Shown here one piece after another: positions 1-8,542 of a stretch of 64,000 bases of DNA (within the stretch, counting starts at the first letter, position 1; every line of letters begins with the position of its first letter). Where the stretch lies: the NCBI GenBank assembly GCA_964615775.1, contig CAZTQB010000004.1:4624-68623 (forward strand), in the 5' to 3' direction. A program made the position numbers and the translations under genes. A model generated the notes under the pieces. The model saw only the letters and a program-made list of their open reading frames with translations, was not told the origin of the DNA and ran no database searches. This stretch comes from an uncultured Candidatus Saccharibacteria bacterium. GTDB taxonomy: Bacteria; Patescibacteriota; Saccharimonadia; Saccharimonadales; 2-12-FULL-41-12.

Positions 1-89
1 TCATTGTCGCTGGTGCTTTAGGGTTGGTGGTGTTTTTGGTAGTCTATACATTAGCCTTGACGGTTAGTGGCATGGTTAGCAAGAATTAG
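1..89 (+). CDS. 3' end of a CDS entering from upstream; hydrophobic C-terminus (...IVAGALGLVVFLVVYTLALTVSGMVSKN*)
   Basis: Frame is open from the window edge (codons from nt 3) to TAG at 87-89. Absent from the ORF track because it is truncated. Product unknown. Confidence 0.3.
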   Translation, partial: IVAGALGLVVFLVVYTLALTVSGMVSKN

Positions 90-129
90 CCATTTAATGC
101 TAGTTTTGTTGAATTTTTGAACTATTTTG

Positions 130-138
130 TGGTATTAT
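130..138 (+). promoter_or_regulatory. Extended -10 box TGgTATTAT, 7 nt upstream of ATG 146 (leaderless-type start)
   Basis: TG at 130-131 and hexamer TATTAT at 133-138. The 7-nt gap atggcca contains no SD. Confidence 0.5.
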
Positions 139-145
139 ATGGCCA

Positions 146-985
146 ATGAACGAAAAAGGTTTGGGTTTACGGCTACAAAAAGTACGGAAAGAAGCAGGAT
201 TTACGCAACAAGATTTGTGTCAAAAATCTGGGCTTAGCTATTCGACATTAGCCAAGATTGAGCGTGGAGCAATAAAATCACCGTCAATTTTTACAATCCA
301 ACAAATTGCCGCAGTATTAGGCACCACTATTGATGAACTTATGGGCATTGAACAGGTTTTGCCTATTAATGCCAAGAGAACTTCCAATACTGGCATAAAG
401 TTTGTCTATTTTGATATAAATGGTTGTTTAGTTGGGTTTTTTCACAGAGCCTTTAGTAAAATTTCGATCGACTATTCCCTGCCTTTAGACTTTGTAGAGT
501 CAACATGCTGGCACTACAACGATGCGGTTTGTCGCGGTGACATGACCCTAGAGGAGTACAATGGAGAGTTGGCCAAAACCTTTAATCTAGCAGAGTTTGA
601 TTGGGCGAAGTACTATCTTGCATCGGTTGATCCGATACCACAGTCACGGGAGCTGATAACTTGGGCATCAGAGAACTACCATATAGGTTTACTGAGCAAC
701 ATAATGCCGGGGTTGATTGATAAAATGATTGACCAAGATATAATTCCTAATTTGTCTTACGACCAAATAATTGATTCTTCACAGGTTGGAGCCATCAAAC
801 CAGAGCCAAAAATTTTTGAGTTTGCGACCAAAAAAGCCAAAGTTGACCCAGAAGAAATTCTACTAGTAGATGATTCGCGTTCCAACCTTATGGCTGCCGA
901 AAAACAGGGCTGGAGAGTATCTTGGTTTGATGATTATCGTCCAGATGAATCGGCTAGTAAAGTTCGTCAAGCATTGGAATTTTAG
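146..985 (+). CDS. XRE-family HTH domain fused to a HAD-like hydrolase domain
   Basis: The N-terminus LRLQKVRKEAGFTQQDLCQKSGLSYSTLAKIERG is a typical Cro/C1 HTH. The C-terminal part has HAD motifs: YFDINGCL (motif I, with DxN instead of DxD), GLLSN, KPEPKIF and LLVDDSRSN. Confidence 0.75.
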   Translation: MNEKGLGLRLQKVRKEAGFTQQDLCQKSGLSYSTLAKIERGAIKSPSIFTIQQIAAVLGTTIDELMGIEQVLPINAKRTSNTGIKFVYFDINGCLVGFFHRAFSKISIDYSLPLDFVESTCWHYNDAVCRGDMTLEEYNGELAKTFNLAEFDWAKYYLASVDPIPQSRELITWASENYHIGLLSNIMPGLIDKMIDQDIIPNLSYDQIIDSSQVGAIKPEPKIFEFATKKAKVDPEEILLVDDSRSNLMAAEKQGWRVSWFDDYRPDESASKVRQALEF

Positions 986-1014
986 GCTTTTTTGAAATAT
1001 TCAGTAACCCGTCA

Positions 1015-1020
1015 TAAAAT
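1015..1020 (+). promoter_or_regulatory. -10-like TAAAAT, 7 nt upstream of ATG 1028
   Basis: TAAAAT, then ataaact, then ATG. No SD. Confidence 0.35.
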
Positions 1021-1027
1021 ATAAACT

Positions 1028-1471
1028 ATGTTAAATGCATTAAGCGGTCGGGTTAATCGCAGAACGTATGTTATTGGTAATATCATTGCTTTGGGTGTAC
1101 TTTTTCTGCTATGTGCCTTGATTATGATACCTCTAGCTATCTTGAGCTTGGTTCTGCACAATAAACTTTTCGATGAAGGCGTAAGCGTGATCGTCAAAAT
1201 CTTGATTTTACCGATACTGCTCTGGCTTTTTTATTTTGTGATACTAATGATTAGACGACTTCATGATATCAACTTCCCTGGCCTAATTATTGTTATAGCA
1301 TTTTTTGCTTTTATGGGCTTTGGGCGGCTGATGGATCTTTGGTTGTTGAATTTGGCTGGAGTTTTTGTAATTCTGGCTATCTGTCTGATACCTGGCAAAA
1401 AACATCGTAATCAATTTGGTCCTCACCCCCGCAAAAGGGTCAACTTCGAAGATCTCAAGGTCAATTTCTAA
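1028..1471 (+). CDS. DUF805-family integral membrane protein
   Basis: Multiple TM helices and the RRLHDINFPG motif typical of DUF805 (YhaH/YhaI-like) proteins. Confidence 0.7.
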   Translation: MLNALSGRVNRRTYVIGNIIALGVLFLLCALIMIPLAILSLVLHNKLFDEGVSVIVKILILPILLWLFYFVILMIRRLHDINFPGLIIVIAFFAFMGFGRLMDLWLLNLAGVFVILAICLIPGKKHRNQFGPHPRKRVNFEDLKVNF

Positions 1472-4020
1472 ATTTGCGTTAGTTGGTCGGTGACCTTGGC
1501 AAATTCGGTGCGGACTTTGGCTAGTTCCTGTCTGGTTTCATTTACTAATTTTTCAGGAGCTTTTTGGATGTAACTTTTGTTATTTAGGCGAGCTTCTAGG
1601 TTTTCAATTTGGTTTTTTAGTCGTGCTTGGTTATCTAGTAGGCTATCTTTTAGCTGCTTGGCTAACTCAGGACTAATAACGTAATAACAATTACCTTCGG
1701 CTGAGGTAATAGCAATCCCTTCTTTTTGCTCAGTGGCTACCACTTCACTGAGTTTGGCTAGTTGACCCACTAGTTGGCCATTTTCATCTAATAAATTATT
1801 AGAACTATACGCCAGAATGCCTCCCTGAAGATTTAGGTTAGATTTTATATGGCGAATTTCACTAATTATTGCTTGAATTTGAGCAAATTGGCCGGCTTTT
1901 TTAGTCTTAAAGCTAACAGTTTTTGGCCAGCTAGTGCTTATGAGTAGTCCTTCCCCGTCCAAATTCTGCCAGATTGTTTCGGTTACAAATGGAGCAAACG
2001 GGTGAGTTAACTTTAGAACAGTTGCCAAGCTATAATTCAAAACTGAAGCATTTTGAGCCTGCTTAGAGGCTTCAATATACCAATCTGCTAGATCGTCCCA
2101 TACCAAGTGATATACCTGTTCACGGGCTTCTGCGAAGCGATAATGACTAATATTTTGACTTATAGACTCAATTGCATCATTTAATTTACCCAAAATCCAC
2201 TCATCGGCAATTGTCTGTGGCTCAGGCGAGGCGTTCAGGTCTAAGTCATTGCCTAAAATTCCCTCGGTGTAGCGTGCAATATTCCATAGTTTGTTACAGA
2301 AGTTTCGTCCACCAACCAGCTTAGATTCGTCGTATGGTCGTGAGCTAGCCGGGGCTTCATCGGCGATAATACCCATGCGGAAAGCGTCGGAACCGTATTC
2401 GGTAATCTTATCCATAGGATTTATGACATTGCCCTTACTTTTACTCATCTTGGCACCATGTTCATCTTGAATAAGCCCGTGTAAATAAACTTTTTTGAAC
2501 GGCACCTGTCCAGTTACGTAAAGACCCATCATCAGCATTCTTGATACCCAAGGGTAAAGAATGTCAAAACCAGTTTCCATGAGACTCAAGGGATAGTATT
2601 GTTTAAACTTGTCACCATTGGGGTAATCAAGGGTAGCGTAAGGCCAGCTAGAGCTAGAAAACCAAGTATCAAAAACATCAGGGTCACGATGATACTTCTG
2701 TCCGTTTACCTCTATAATTTGCTGATCTACTCGCTCGTCAAACAGCCAGTCATCAGGTTTATCAACATTTTGAAAAGCTGGAATTGGTATACCCCAGGCA
2801 ATTTGTCGAGAAATATTCCAATCTCGGAGGTTCTCAAGGTAATTAACTAGTTGAGTAGCCCTGTTTTTTGGATAAAACTCCACTTCCCCGCTCTTTATTG
2901 CTCTAATTGCTGGCTTGGTAAGCGAACCCATATCCACGAACCACTGTTCTTTAAGTAGCGGCTCGATAACAGTGCCACACTTATAACAGTGTCCGACATT
3001 ATTTTCGTGATCTTTTACCTCTACCACTAGACCTTGCTCATCTAATGCTTTAATAACTGCGTCACGAGCCTCCGATACGCTCAGTCCAATAAATTGCTTA
3101 GGAGCGTTATGATTTATTAGTCCGTTGTGGTCGATTACTGAGATCATTGGTAGATTGTGTCTTTGGCTCATGTCATAATCATTTGGATCATGAGCTGGTG
3201 TAATTTTCACAGCACCTGTACCGAAGTTAACATCAACATATTCATCAGCAATGATTGGGATTTCACGGTTTGTTAGGGGTAGTTTCACAGTTTTGCCAAC
3301 TAGATTTTTGTATCTAGTATCTTTTGGGTTTATGGCTACGGCAGTATCGCCGAGCATAGTTTCAGGTCGCGTTGTAGCCACAATAATCTCGCCAGAGTTA
3401 TCGGTTAAGGGGTATCTTAGGCTCCAAATACTTCCCTTTTTGGTCTGGTATTCTACTTCGATATCAGCAAAGCTTGTACCATGGAAAGTGCAGTAGTTTA
3501 CTAATCTTTCGCCTCTGTAAATTAATCCTTCTTCCCACATTTTTTGAAAGGTTCGGTATGCGGTTTTCACGACTTTTTTGTCTAAAGTGTATGTAAAATC
3601 AGACCACGATAAACTTGCCCCTAGGCGGCGTAGTTGAGACTGGTAGCTACACTTGTTCTGTTCTACGAAGTCCCAGATTTGTTTGTAAAGCTCTTCTCTG
3701 GTGTAATCAAAACGACTCTCACCCTGCTTGTTTAAAAGTTTTTCATAGACGGTTTGAGTTTCAAATCCGGCATGGTCCGCTCCAGGTACAAATAAGGTGT
3801 TTTTGCCAATCATACGGTTATAACGAATAGCAATATCTTCAATGGTTATTGTTAAGCCGTGACCCATATGTAGATCACCGTTAGCGTTTGGCGGTGGAAT
3901 AACCATCGAAAAATAATCTTTGCCGGACTCATTGTTTGGCAAAAATGCCTGTTTTTCCTCCCAAAGTTTATATATTTGGTCTTCGTACTCTTTAGGGTTA
4001 TAAGTTTTGGGTAGTTTCAT
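1468..4020 (-). CDS. valS: Valine--tRNA ligase
   Basis: 850 aa. Class I HIGH-type motif PPPNANGDLHMGH, KMSKS motif (KMSKSKGN) and a C-terminal coiled coil typical of ValRS. Confidence 0.97.
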   Translation of the reverse strand: MKLPKTYNPKEYEDQIYKLWEEKQAFLPNNESGKDYFSMVIPPPNANGDLHMGHGLTITIEDIAIRYNRMIGKNTLFVPGADHAGFETQTVYEKLLNKQGESRFDYTREELYKQIWDFVEQNKCSYQSQLRRLGASLSWSDFTYTLDKKVVKTAYRTFQKMWEEGLIYRGERLVNYCTFHGTSFADIEVEYQTKKGSIWSLRYPLTDNSGEIIVATTRPETMLGDTAVAINPKDTRYKNLVGKTVKLPLTNREIPIIADEYVDVNFGTGAVKITPAHDPNDYDMSQRHNLPMISVIDHNGLINHNAPKQFIGLSVSEARDAVIKALDEQGLVVEVKDHENNVGHCYKCGTVIEPLLKEQWFVDMGSLTKPAIRAIKSGEVEFYPKNRATQLVNYLENLRDWNISRQIAWGIPIPAFQNVDKPDDWLFDERVDQQIIEVNGQKYHRDPDVFDTWFSSSSWPYATLDYPNGDKFKQYYPLSLMETGFDILYPWVSRMLMMGLYVTGQVPFKKVYLHGLIQDEHGAKMSKSKGNVINPMDKITEYGSDAFRMGIIADEAPASSRPYDESKLVGGRNFCNKLWNIARYTEGILGNDLDLNASPEPQTIADEWILGKLNDAIESISQNISHYRFAEAREQVYHLVWDDLADWYIEASKQAQNASVLNYSLATVLKLTHPFAPFVTETIWQNLDGEGLLISTSWPKTVSFKTKKAGQFAQIQAIISEIRHIKSNLNLQGGILAYSSNNLLDENGQLVGQLAKLSEVVATEQKEGIAITSAEGNCYYVISPELAKQLKDSLLDNQARLKNQIENLEARLNNKSYIQKAPEKLVNETRQELAKVRTEFAKVTDQLTQI

Positions 4021-4503
4021 GAGTTATTTAGTCTTTTAGTTAAAATTTTTAAAAAAAGTAGGTTATTATTATGCACTGATAAAAAATTTAAGTAAATTAG
4101 GTCGTCAACACACAACTTAATCATATTTATATTATATCACCTCTGTTGATTATTCGAGTCTTCCAGCTTATTTTTCGGTGGTTATCTTTAGACTAGGTTG
4201 AAGCATAAAAGAGCAAGGGATTAGCTCGTGCCAACTGTAATTAAGGGCAATAGACAGGCCAGTTTACTCTGAGAATAAAGAAATCATATTTTTATTCTTG
4301 TTTAATCTTTCACATGAAATAAAGCCAACTCAAATTTAAGCTTGCGGTTTCGAAAGCTCAAACTTAAACAGGCTTTAATTGAATTTTATTTACGATTTTT
4401 GTTTTTGTAACTACTACTTTAACAGAGGTTAACTGTATTTGTCAATCTTCTTATGCTAATTATGTAAATCTGACAACAATATTAAGTATTTTTACACGTA
4501 GGC

Positions 4504-5592
4504 TTACATAGATAAGCTAGGAGAAATTTCTAGCTTATTTGGATCTGCCTTGGATAAGTTAGCATTTATTTTTAACACTCCCAAAGTAGCGATCATTGCG
4601 GCGTTGTCGGTGCATAATTTAATATCTGGATAAAACGGCTGAATATCTAGCTGAGATTCTAGTTGCCCGCGTAACTCATGGTTGGCCGCCACGCCACCGG
4701 CTATCACTACAGATCTTGGTGAGAATTCGTAGTAAGCTTTCATTGTTTTATCTACAACAATATTAATTGCAGTTTTCTGAAATGAAGCGGCAATATCATT
4801 CACCTGAGCTTCAGATAGGCGATTTTTAATACTTCCAGAAGGAAAGCGGTGATCTTCACCTATCAGTTTTTGGGCGGTCCTTAAAACGGCTGTTTTAAGC
4901 CCAGAATAGCTAAAATCGTATACACCTGCTGGCTTGGGGGTAGGGAAGTGGTATTTGTCAGAGCTACCGCTTAGGGCAGCCTTGGATATGCTTGGTCCAC
5001 CGGGGTAGGGTAAGCCAATTATCTTGGCAACTTTGTCAAAAGCTTCGCCAATAGCATCGTCATGGGTTCGCCCTAAGACTTGGTAGTCAAAAGCACTACC
5101 AAAAAGCACTAGTTGAGTGTGTCCGCCACTGACGATTAGGGATAGCATTGGAAACTTAGGGGCAAAAGAGGGTAAGTCGTAATCTTTCATGGCGGCTTCC
5201 GTTATAAAGGCAGCAAATGGGTGGGCGTGAACATGATTTATGGCATAGAGTGGCTTGTTTTGGGTGATAGACAACGTCCGAGCTGCACTTACGCCAACCA
5301 GTAAGCTACCACCCAATCCAGGACCTTCGGTCACGGCAATAGCGTCGATTTTTTGCCAACCAGCTTGTTGACTTAAACCGGGAAATGCCTCTGATATCGT
5401 TTGTTCTAAAACAGGGTTCATGTACTCTATGTGACTGCGAGCCGCTACCTCTGGCACTATGCCACCGTATACAGCATGCTTATCCATACTAGTTGCTACA
5501 ACATTCGACAACATCTTTAAGCCAGTATCACCTTGCTGGATAACAGCTGCCGCCGTTTCATCGCAGCTAGATTCGATTCCAAGAACTATCAT
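4504..5592 (-). CDS. tsaD: tRNA N6-adenosine threonylcarbamoyltransferase TsaD (Kae1/Gcp family)
   Basis: MIVLGIESSCDETAAAV N-terminus, HVHAH metal motif and GGVAAN near the C-terminus. Confidence 0.95.
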   Translation of the reverse strand: MIVLGIESSCDETAAAVIQQGDTGLKMLSNVVATSMDKHAVYGGIVPEVAARSHIEYMNPVLEQTISEAFPGLSQQAGWQKIDAIAVTEGPGLGGSLLVGVSAARTLSITQNKPLYAINHVHAHPFAAFITEAAMKDYDLPSFAPKFPMLSLIVSGGHTQLVLFGSAFDYQVLGRTHDDAIGEAFDKVAKIIGLPYPGGPSISKAALSGSSDKYHFPTPKPAGVYDFSYSGLKTAVLRTAQKLIGEDHRFPSGSIKNRLSEAQVNDIAASFQKTAINIVVDKTMKAYYEFSPRSVVIAGGVAANHELRGQLESQLDIQPFYPDIKLCTDNAAMIATLGVLKINANLSKADPNKLEISPSLSM

Positions 5593-5599
5593 AAGTTTA

Positions 5600-5605
5600 A
5601 TACTA
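5600..5605 (-). promoter_or_regulatory. -10-like TAGTAT, 7 nt upstream of the tsaD ATG (minus strand)
   Basis: The minus strand reads tttTAGTATtaaacttATG. No SD. Confidence 0.4.
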
Positions 5606-5638
5606 AACTTAAGTTACCTCTAAAAGCAAAATTCGGTG

Positions 5639-5644
5639 TAAGAT
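5639..5644 (+). promoter_or_regulatory. -10-like TAAGAT, 7 nt upstream of ATG 5652
   Basis: TAAGAT, then tagatat, then ATG. No SD. Lies in the 59-bp divergent tsaD/murE spacer. Confidence 0.4.
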
Positions 5645-5651
5645 TAGATAT

Positions 5652-6941
5652 ATGAACCCAAAGAAAGCTGTTAGGCAAATAATACCAAAATCAGGGGTCA
5701 AATTGGCTGAAAAGTCGTATCGTAGAGCAAGGGGTAAAATTTGGCAGACCTATTATGGTAATTCGGCAGCTAAGTTAGAGATAATTGCCGTAACTGGTAC
5801 TAATGGTAAAACTACAACCTGTAGCTACATAAATAGCGTTCTAAGGGCAGCTGGGCATAAAACAGCTGTCTATACGACAGCATTTTTTGAGATTGATGGA
5901 CAGCGAGTAGCTAACCATACTCATATGACCGTGGCTAGCCAGAAGTCGGTTCAGAAGTTTTTTGCTCAGGCTTATAGGGCAGGGGTTAATTACGTAGTTA
6001 TTGAGATTACGTCGCACGCTTTAGATCAGCGACGGATTGCAATGCCTAAAGTCAAATTAGGCGTTATGACCAATTTAACCCAGGACCATCTAGACTATCA
6101 TGGCACCATGGAGGAATATGCAGCAGCCAAAGCTCGGTTGTTTTCTTCTGAATATCGGGCAGACTATGCAATTTTAAACAGCGACGATGATTGGTATGAC
6201 TTTTTTGCCAATAATTCTTCTGCACCGGTGATAGGTTATGGCATGGCAGCTGGTTCGATTATTCGGCTCAATAAACATAACTCTTCTGCAGCTGGTTCAG
6301 ATTTTGAGGTGGTGATAGACTCTAAAAAGCACAGATTCCATACTAGCTTACTGGGCAAATTCAATATCTATAATTCTTTAGCGGCCATAGGTGTGGCTCG
6401 TCAGCTTGGGATTAATATAGATGACGTTCAGAAGGGTATAGCCGAGCTAAAGGCTGTGCCGGGTCGCATGGAACAGATCGACGAGGGTCAAGGTTTTAAT
6501 GTTCTGGTGGATTTTGCCTATACTCCCGATGCCTTAGAAAACGCTTTACGTACTTTACGACCACTGACCAAGGGTAATTTGGCGATTGTTTTTGGGGCGA
6601 CTGGTGACCGCGACAAGACTAAACGTCCACTTATGGGTAAGGTCGTAGGGCAACTGGCAGATAAAATTTATCTGACAGATGACGAGACTTATACCGAAGA
6701 TCCAACAGCTATCTGGCAGGCTGTTTATGAAGGTATAAAAACTGTCAATGCAACCAAAAAGACTGAAGTTATTGATGATCGGCTTAAGGCGATTAAACTT
6801 GCCTTCAAGCAGGCTAAGAAAGGTGATACGATATTGCTAACAGGCATCGGTCACGAAAATTACCGCAATATGGGTGGTCAAAAAATGCGATGGGATGAAC
6901 GCCAAATTGCCAAAAAAGAACTAAAAAAGCTAGCGTTGTAA
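5652..6941 (+). CDS. murE: Mur ligase, MurE-like (UDP-MurNAc-L-Ala-D-Glu--amino acid ligase) with a shortened N-terminal domain
   Basis: VTGTNGKTTT P-loop, EITSHAL, TNLTQDHLDYHGTMEEY, NSDD, DFAYTPDALENAL, GATGDRD..KRPLMG and TDDETYTEDP (in place of DNPR). The P-loop lies at about residue 48. Confidence 0.8.
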   Translation: MNPKKAVRQIIPKSGVKLAEKSYRRARGKIWQTYYGNSAAKLEIIAVTGTNGKTTTCSYINSVLRAAGHKTAVYTTAFFEIDGQRVANHTHMTVASQKSVQKFFAQAYRAGVNYVVIEITSHALDQRRIAMPKVKLGVMTNLTQDHLDYHGTMEEYAAAKARLFSSEYRADYAILNSDDDWYDFFANNSSAPVIGYGMAAGSIIRLNKHNSSAAGSDFEVVIDSKKHRFHTSLLGKFNIYNSLAAIGVARQLGINIDDVQKGIAELKAVPGRMEQIDEGQGFNVLVDFAYTPDALENALRTLRPLTKGNLAIVFGATGDRDKTKRPLMGKVVGQLADKIYLTDDETYTEDPTAIWQAVYEGIKTVNATKKTEVIDDRLKAIKLAFKQAKKGDTILLTGIGHENYRNMGGQKMRWDERQIAKKELKKLAL

Positions 6942-7006
6942 TATTTTTTTAAGAAAAATCTATAATTTACCTCATGTAGATTATGAAAATGTGTCAAAAA
7001 ACTTGT

Positions 7007-7036
7007 TTGACATTGCTTTGAGTCTGGAGGTATAGT
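7007..7036 (+). promoter_or_regulatory. Sigma-70-like promoter TTGACA-N18-TATAGT
   Basis: TTGACA at 7007-7012 and TATAGT at 7031-7036. The groES promoter in this window has the same architecture. Confidence 0.5.
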
Positions 7037-7055
7037 GCAGATATTAAGCAAACAG

Positions 7056-7103
7056 CCAGAGTTACTCTAGAGCCTTACCTAGAGCTACTCTGGTTTTGTT
7101 GTT
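7056..7103 (+). terminator. Hairpin plus T-tract: murE terminator or a leader structure of the downstream gene
   Basis: CCAGAGTTACTCTAG (7056-7070) pairs with CTAGAGCTACTCTGG (7079-7093), with 2 central mismatches. TTTTGTTGTT follows. Confidence 0.55.
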
Positions 7104-7124
7104 ATAAAGAGGAGAAAAGTTAAG

Positions 7125-8537
7125 TTGTCAATGTCAAGAACTTTAGAGCAAGCGATAGGATATGTTGGAGGAGAAGCTCCACCTATTGGCCAGCTTGAAG
7201 AAAATAAACGATATGAAACTAGCAATGGTGTTAGGGTGATTTTTGGTTTTCCGTACCATTTCGCAACTTCTGGTGGCGGAGTACGAGCAAATTATGTTGA
7301 CGCGATGTCGGACACTATAAGAGAAAATATGTCTACCGAGGCAGAACGCTTAGCATCTGAGATGGCTGTTAAAGGATATTTTTTAGAAAGTTGCGGTGCT
7401 AAAGGCGAGTATGCCGTAGAAGGAAGCAGAGATGACTTTTTAGCTAACTTGCTAGCTGCTCGTTCATATGTGACGGATTTAGTAGCTTTAGGTTGGAACA
7501 AAGACTACTTCCAAACCGGCGAGGGCAGAAGAGATGTACTGGCTCCAGACAGTGGTACGGCTGATCAAATGGGTACTATGGTTCACGCAATCGCATCTGA
7601 AACAGCGACTAAGTATGGTCGTTCTGAAAAAGAAGCCTACCTACTTGCATGCAGTATAGTATCGGCTAAACCCAGAAACTTAGGAGGCATACCAGATATC
7701 CGTGAACCCGCTACTGGGTATATTTTACGCTACACCACTGACCTGTTAATTGAAAGAGGCGAAACAGAGCTGGAGTTCTCTAAAGGTGAACCTGTTAGAA
7801 CGGTTGTTCATGGCTTAGGGGCAGTAGGTCTGAATTATATAAGAACAGAATACGACTCTATTGGTCGCCAAATGATTAGCCCGGCGAGTGGGGACATGAA
7901 ATTAGTTGGTATTAGTGATATTTATGGCACAGTTGAATCTCCTGGAGGTATAGACCCGCGGGTTGTTAGCAGTATTCATGCTCAGCTAAGTCGCGTATTT
8001 TGGGATCAAAATATAAGCGAAGGTAGAAAAATCAAAGAAATAGATAGCCTTATACGAAAGCATCTTGATGAAAGTGCAAGATTTATACCCGGGTTTGGTC
8101 AAGATGCCGACACCTCCTACTTCTTAAGTGTTGGTGCAGATGTCCTGGCTTTATGTGCAACTCCACGTGGTGTTGTAAATAATGAAAATGTAGGAAGGCT
8201 TTTAGATAATCCAGACGGACCAAAAGTCATTACTGAAGGAGCTAACCATCCTATATTAGATGAGGCTGAGACCGCAATTTTAGGAACTGAAGGTATAATG
8301 ATTATCCCTGGAGAAGAGGCAAATAGGGGCGGTAGAGCCTGCTCTAGTGCTGAGGTAGAGGGTAAGATTAATGGAAAAACGTCAGCTCAAGAGGCTTTTT
8401 CTCACCTAAAGGAAGCTCAGCAGAAAAGCGTAAGGGAAGTATCAGAGTTTCAGAAAAGACGTCTTGGCGGCACAACAAACCGTCGTGCCGCCCTTTATGC
8501 ACTAGGTATATTAAAGGCAGTGGCAAAAACAAACTAG
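7125..8537 (+). CDS. Divergent Glu/Leu/Phe/Val amino-acid dehydrogenase superfamily protein, specificity unknown
   Basis: Motifs are collinear with GDH/LeuDH: SGGGVRANY, CGAKGEY, VLAPDSGTADQMGTM, GGIPDIREPATGY, VHGLGAVGLNY, LVGISD, ADVLALCATP, ITEGANHP and ANRGG. SD GAGGAG at 7109-7114. Start is TTG 7125 or ATG 7131. Confidence 0.6.
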   Translation: MSMSRTLEQAIGYVGGEAPPIGQLEENKRYETSNGVRVIFGFPYHFATSGGGVRANYVDAMSDTIRENMSTEAERLASEMAVKGYFLESCGAKGEYAVEGSRDDFLANLLAARSYVTDLVALGWNKDYFQTGEGRRDVLAPDSGTADQMGTMVHAIASETATKYGRSEKEAYLLACSIVSAKPRNLGGIPDIREPATGYILRYTTDLLIERGETELEFSKGEPVRTVVHGLGAVGLNYIRTEYDSIGRQMISPASGDMKLVGISDIYGTVESPGGIDPRVVSSIHAQLSRVFWDQNISEGRKIKEIDSLIRKHLDESARFIPGFGQDADTSYFLSVGADVLALCATPRGVVNNENVGRLLDNPDGPKVITEGANHPILDEAETAILGTEGIMIIPGEEANRGGRACSSAEVEGKINGKTSAQEAFSHLKEAQQKSVREVSEFQKRRLGGTTNRRAALYALGILKAVAKTN

Positions 8538-8542
8538 TACTC

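Noticed and set aside
2599-3830. Plus-strand ORFs 2599-2850, 3251-3496 and 3615-3830 inside valS
   Set aside because: They lie entirely antisense to a strongly supported 850-aa ValRS gene. Their products are low-complexity or odd in composition with no motifs. They are typical shadow ORFs.
4021-4300. T-box riboswitch upstream of valS (minus strand)
   Set aside because: The best candidate for the conserved T-box 14-mer (AGGGUGGNACCGCG) is CAGUUGGCACGAGC. It has too many mismatches, and I could not find a specifier-loop or AG-bay arrangement.
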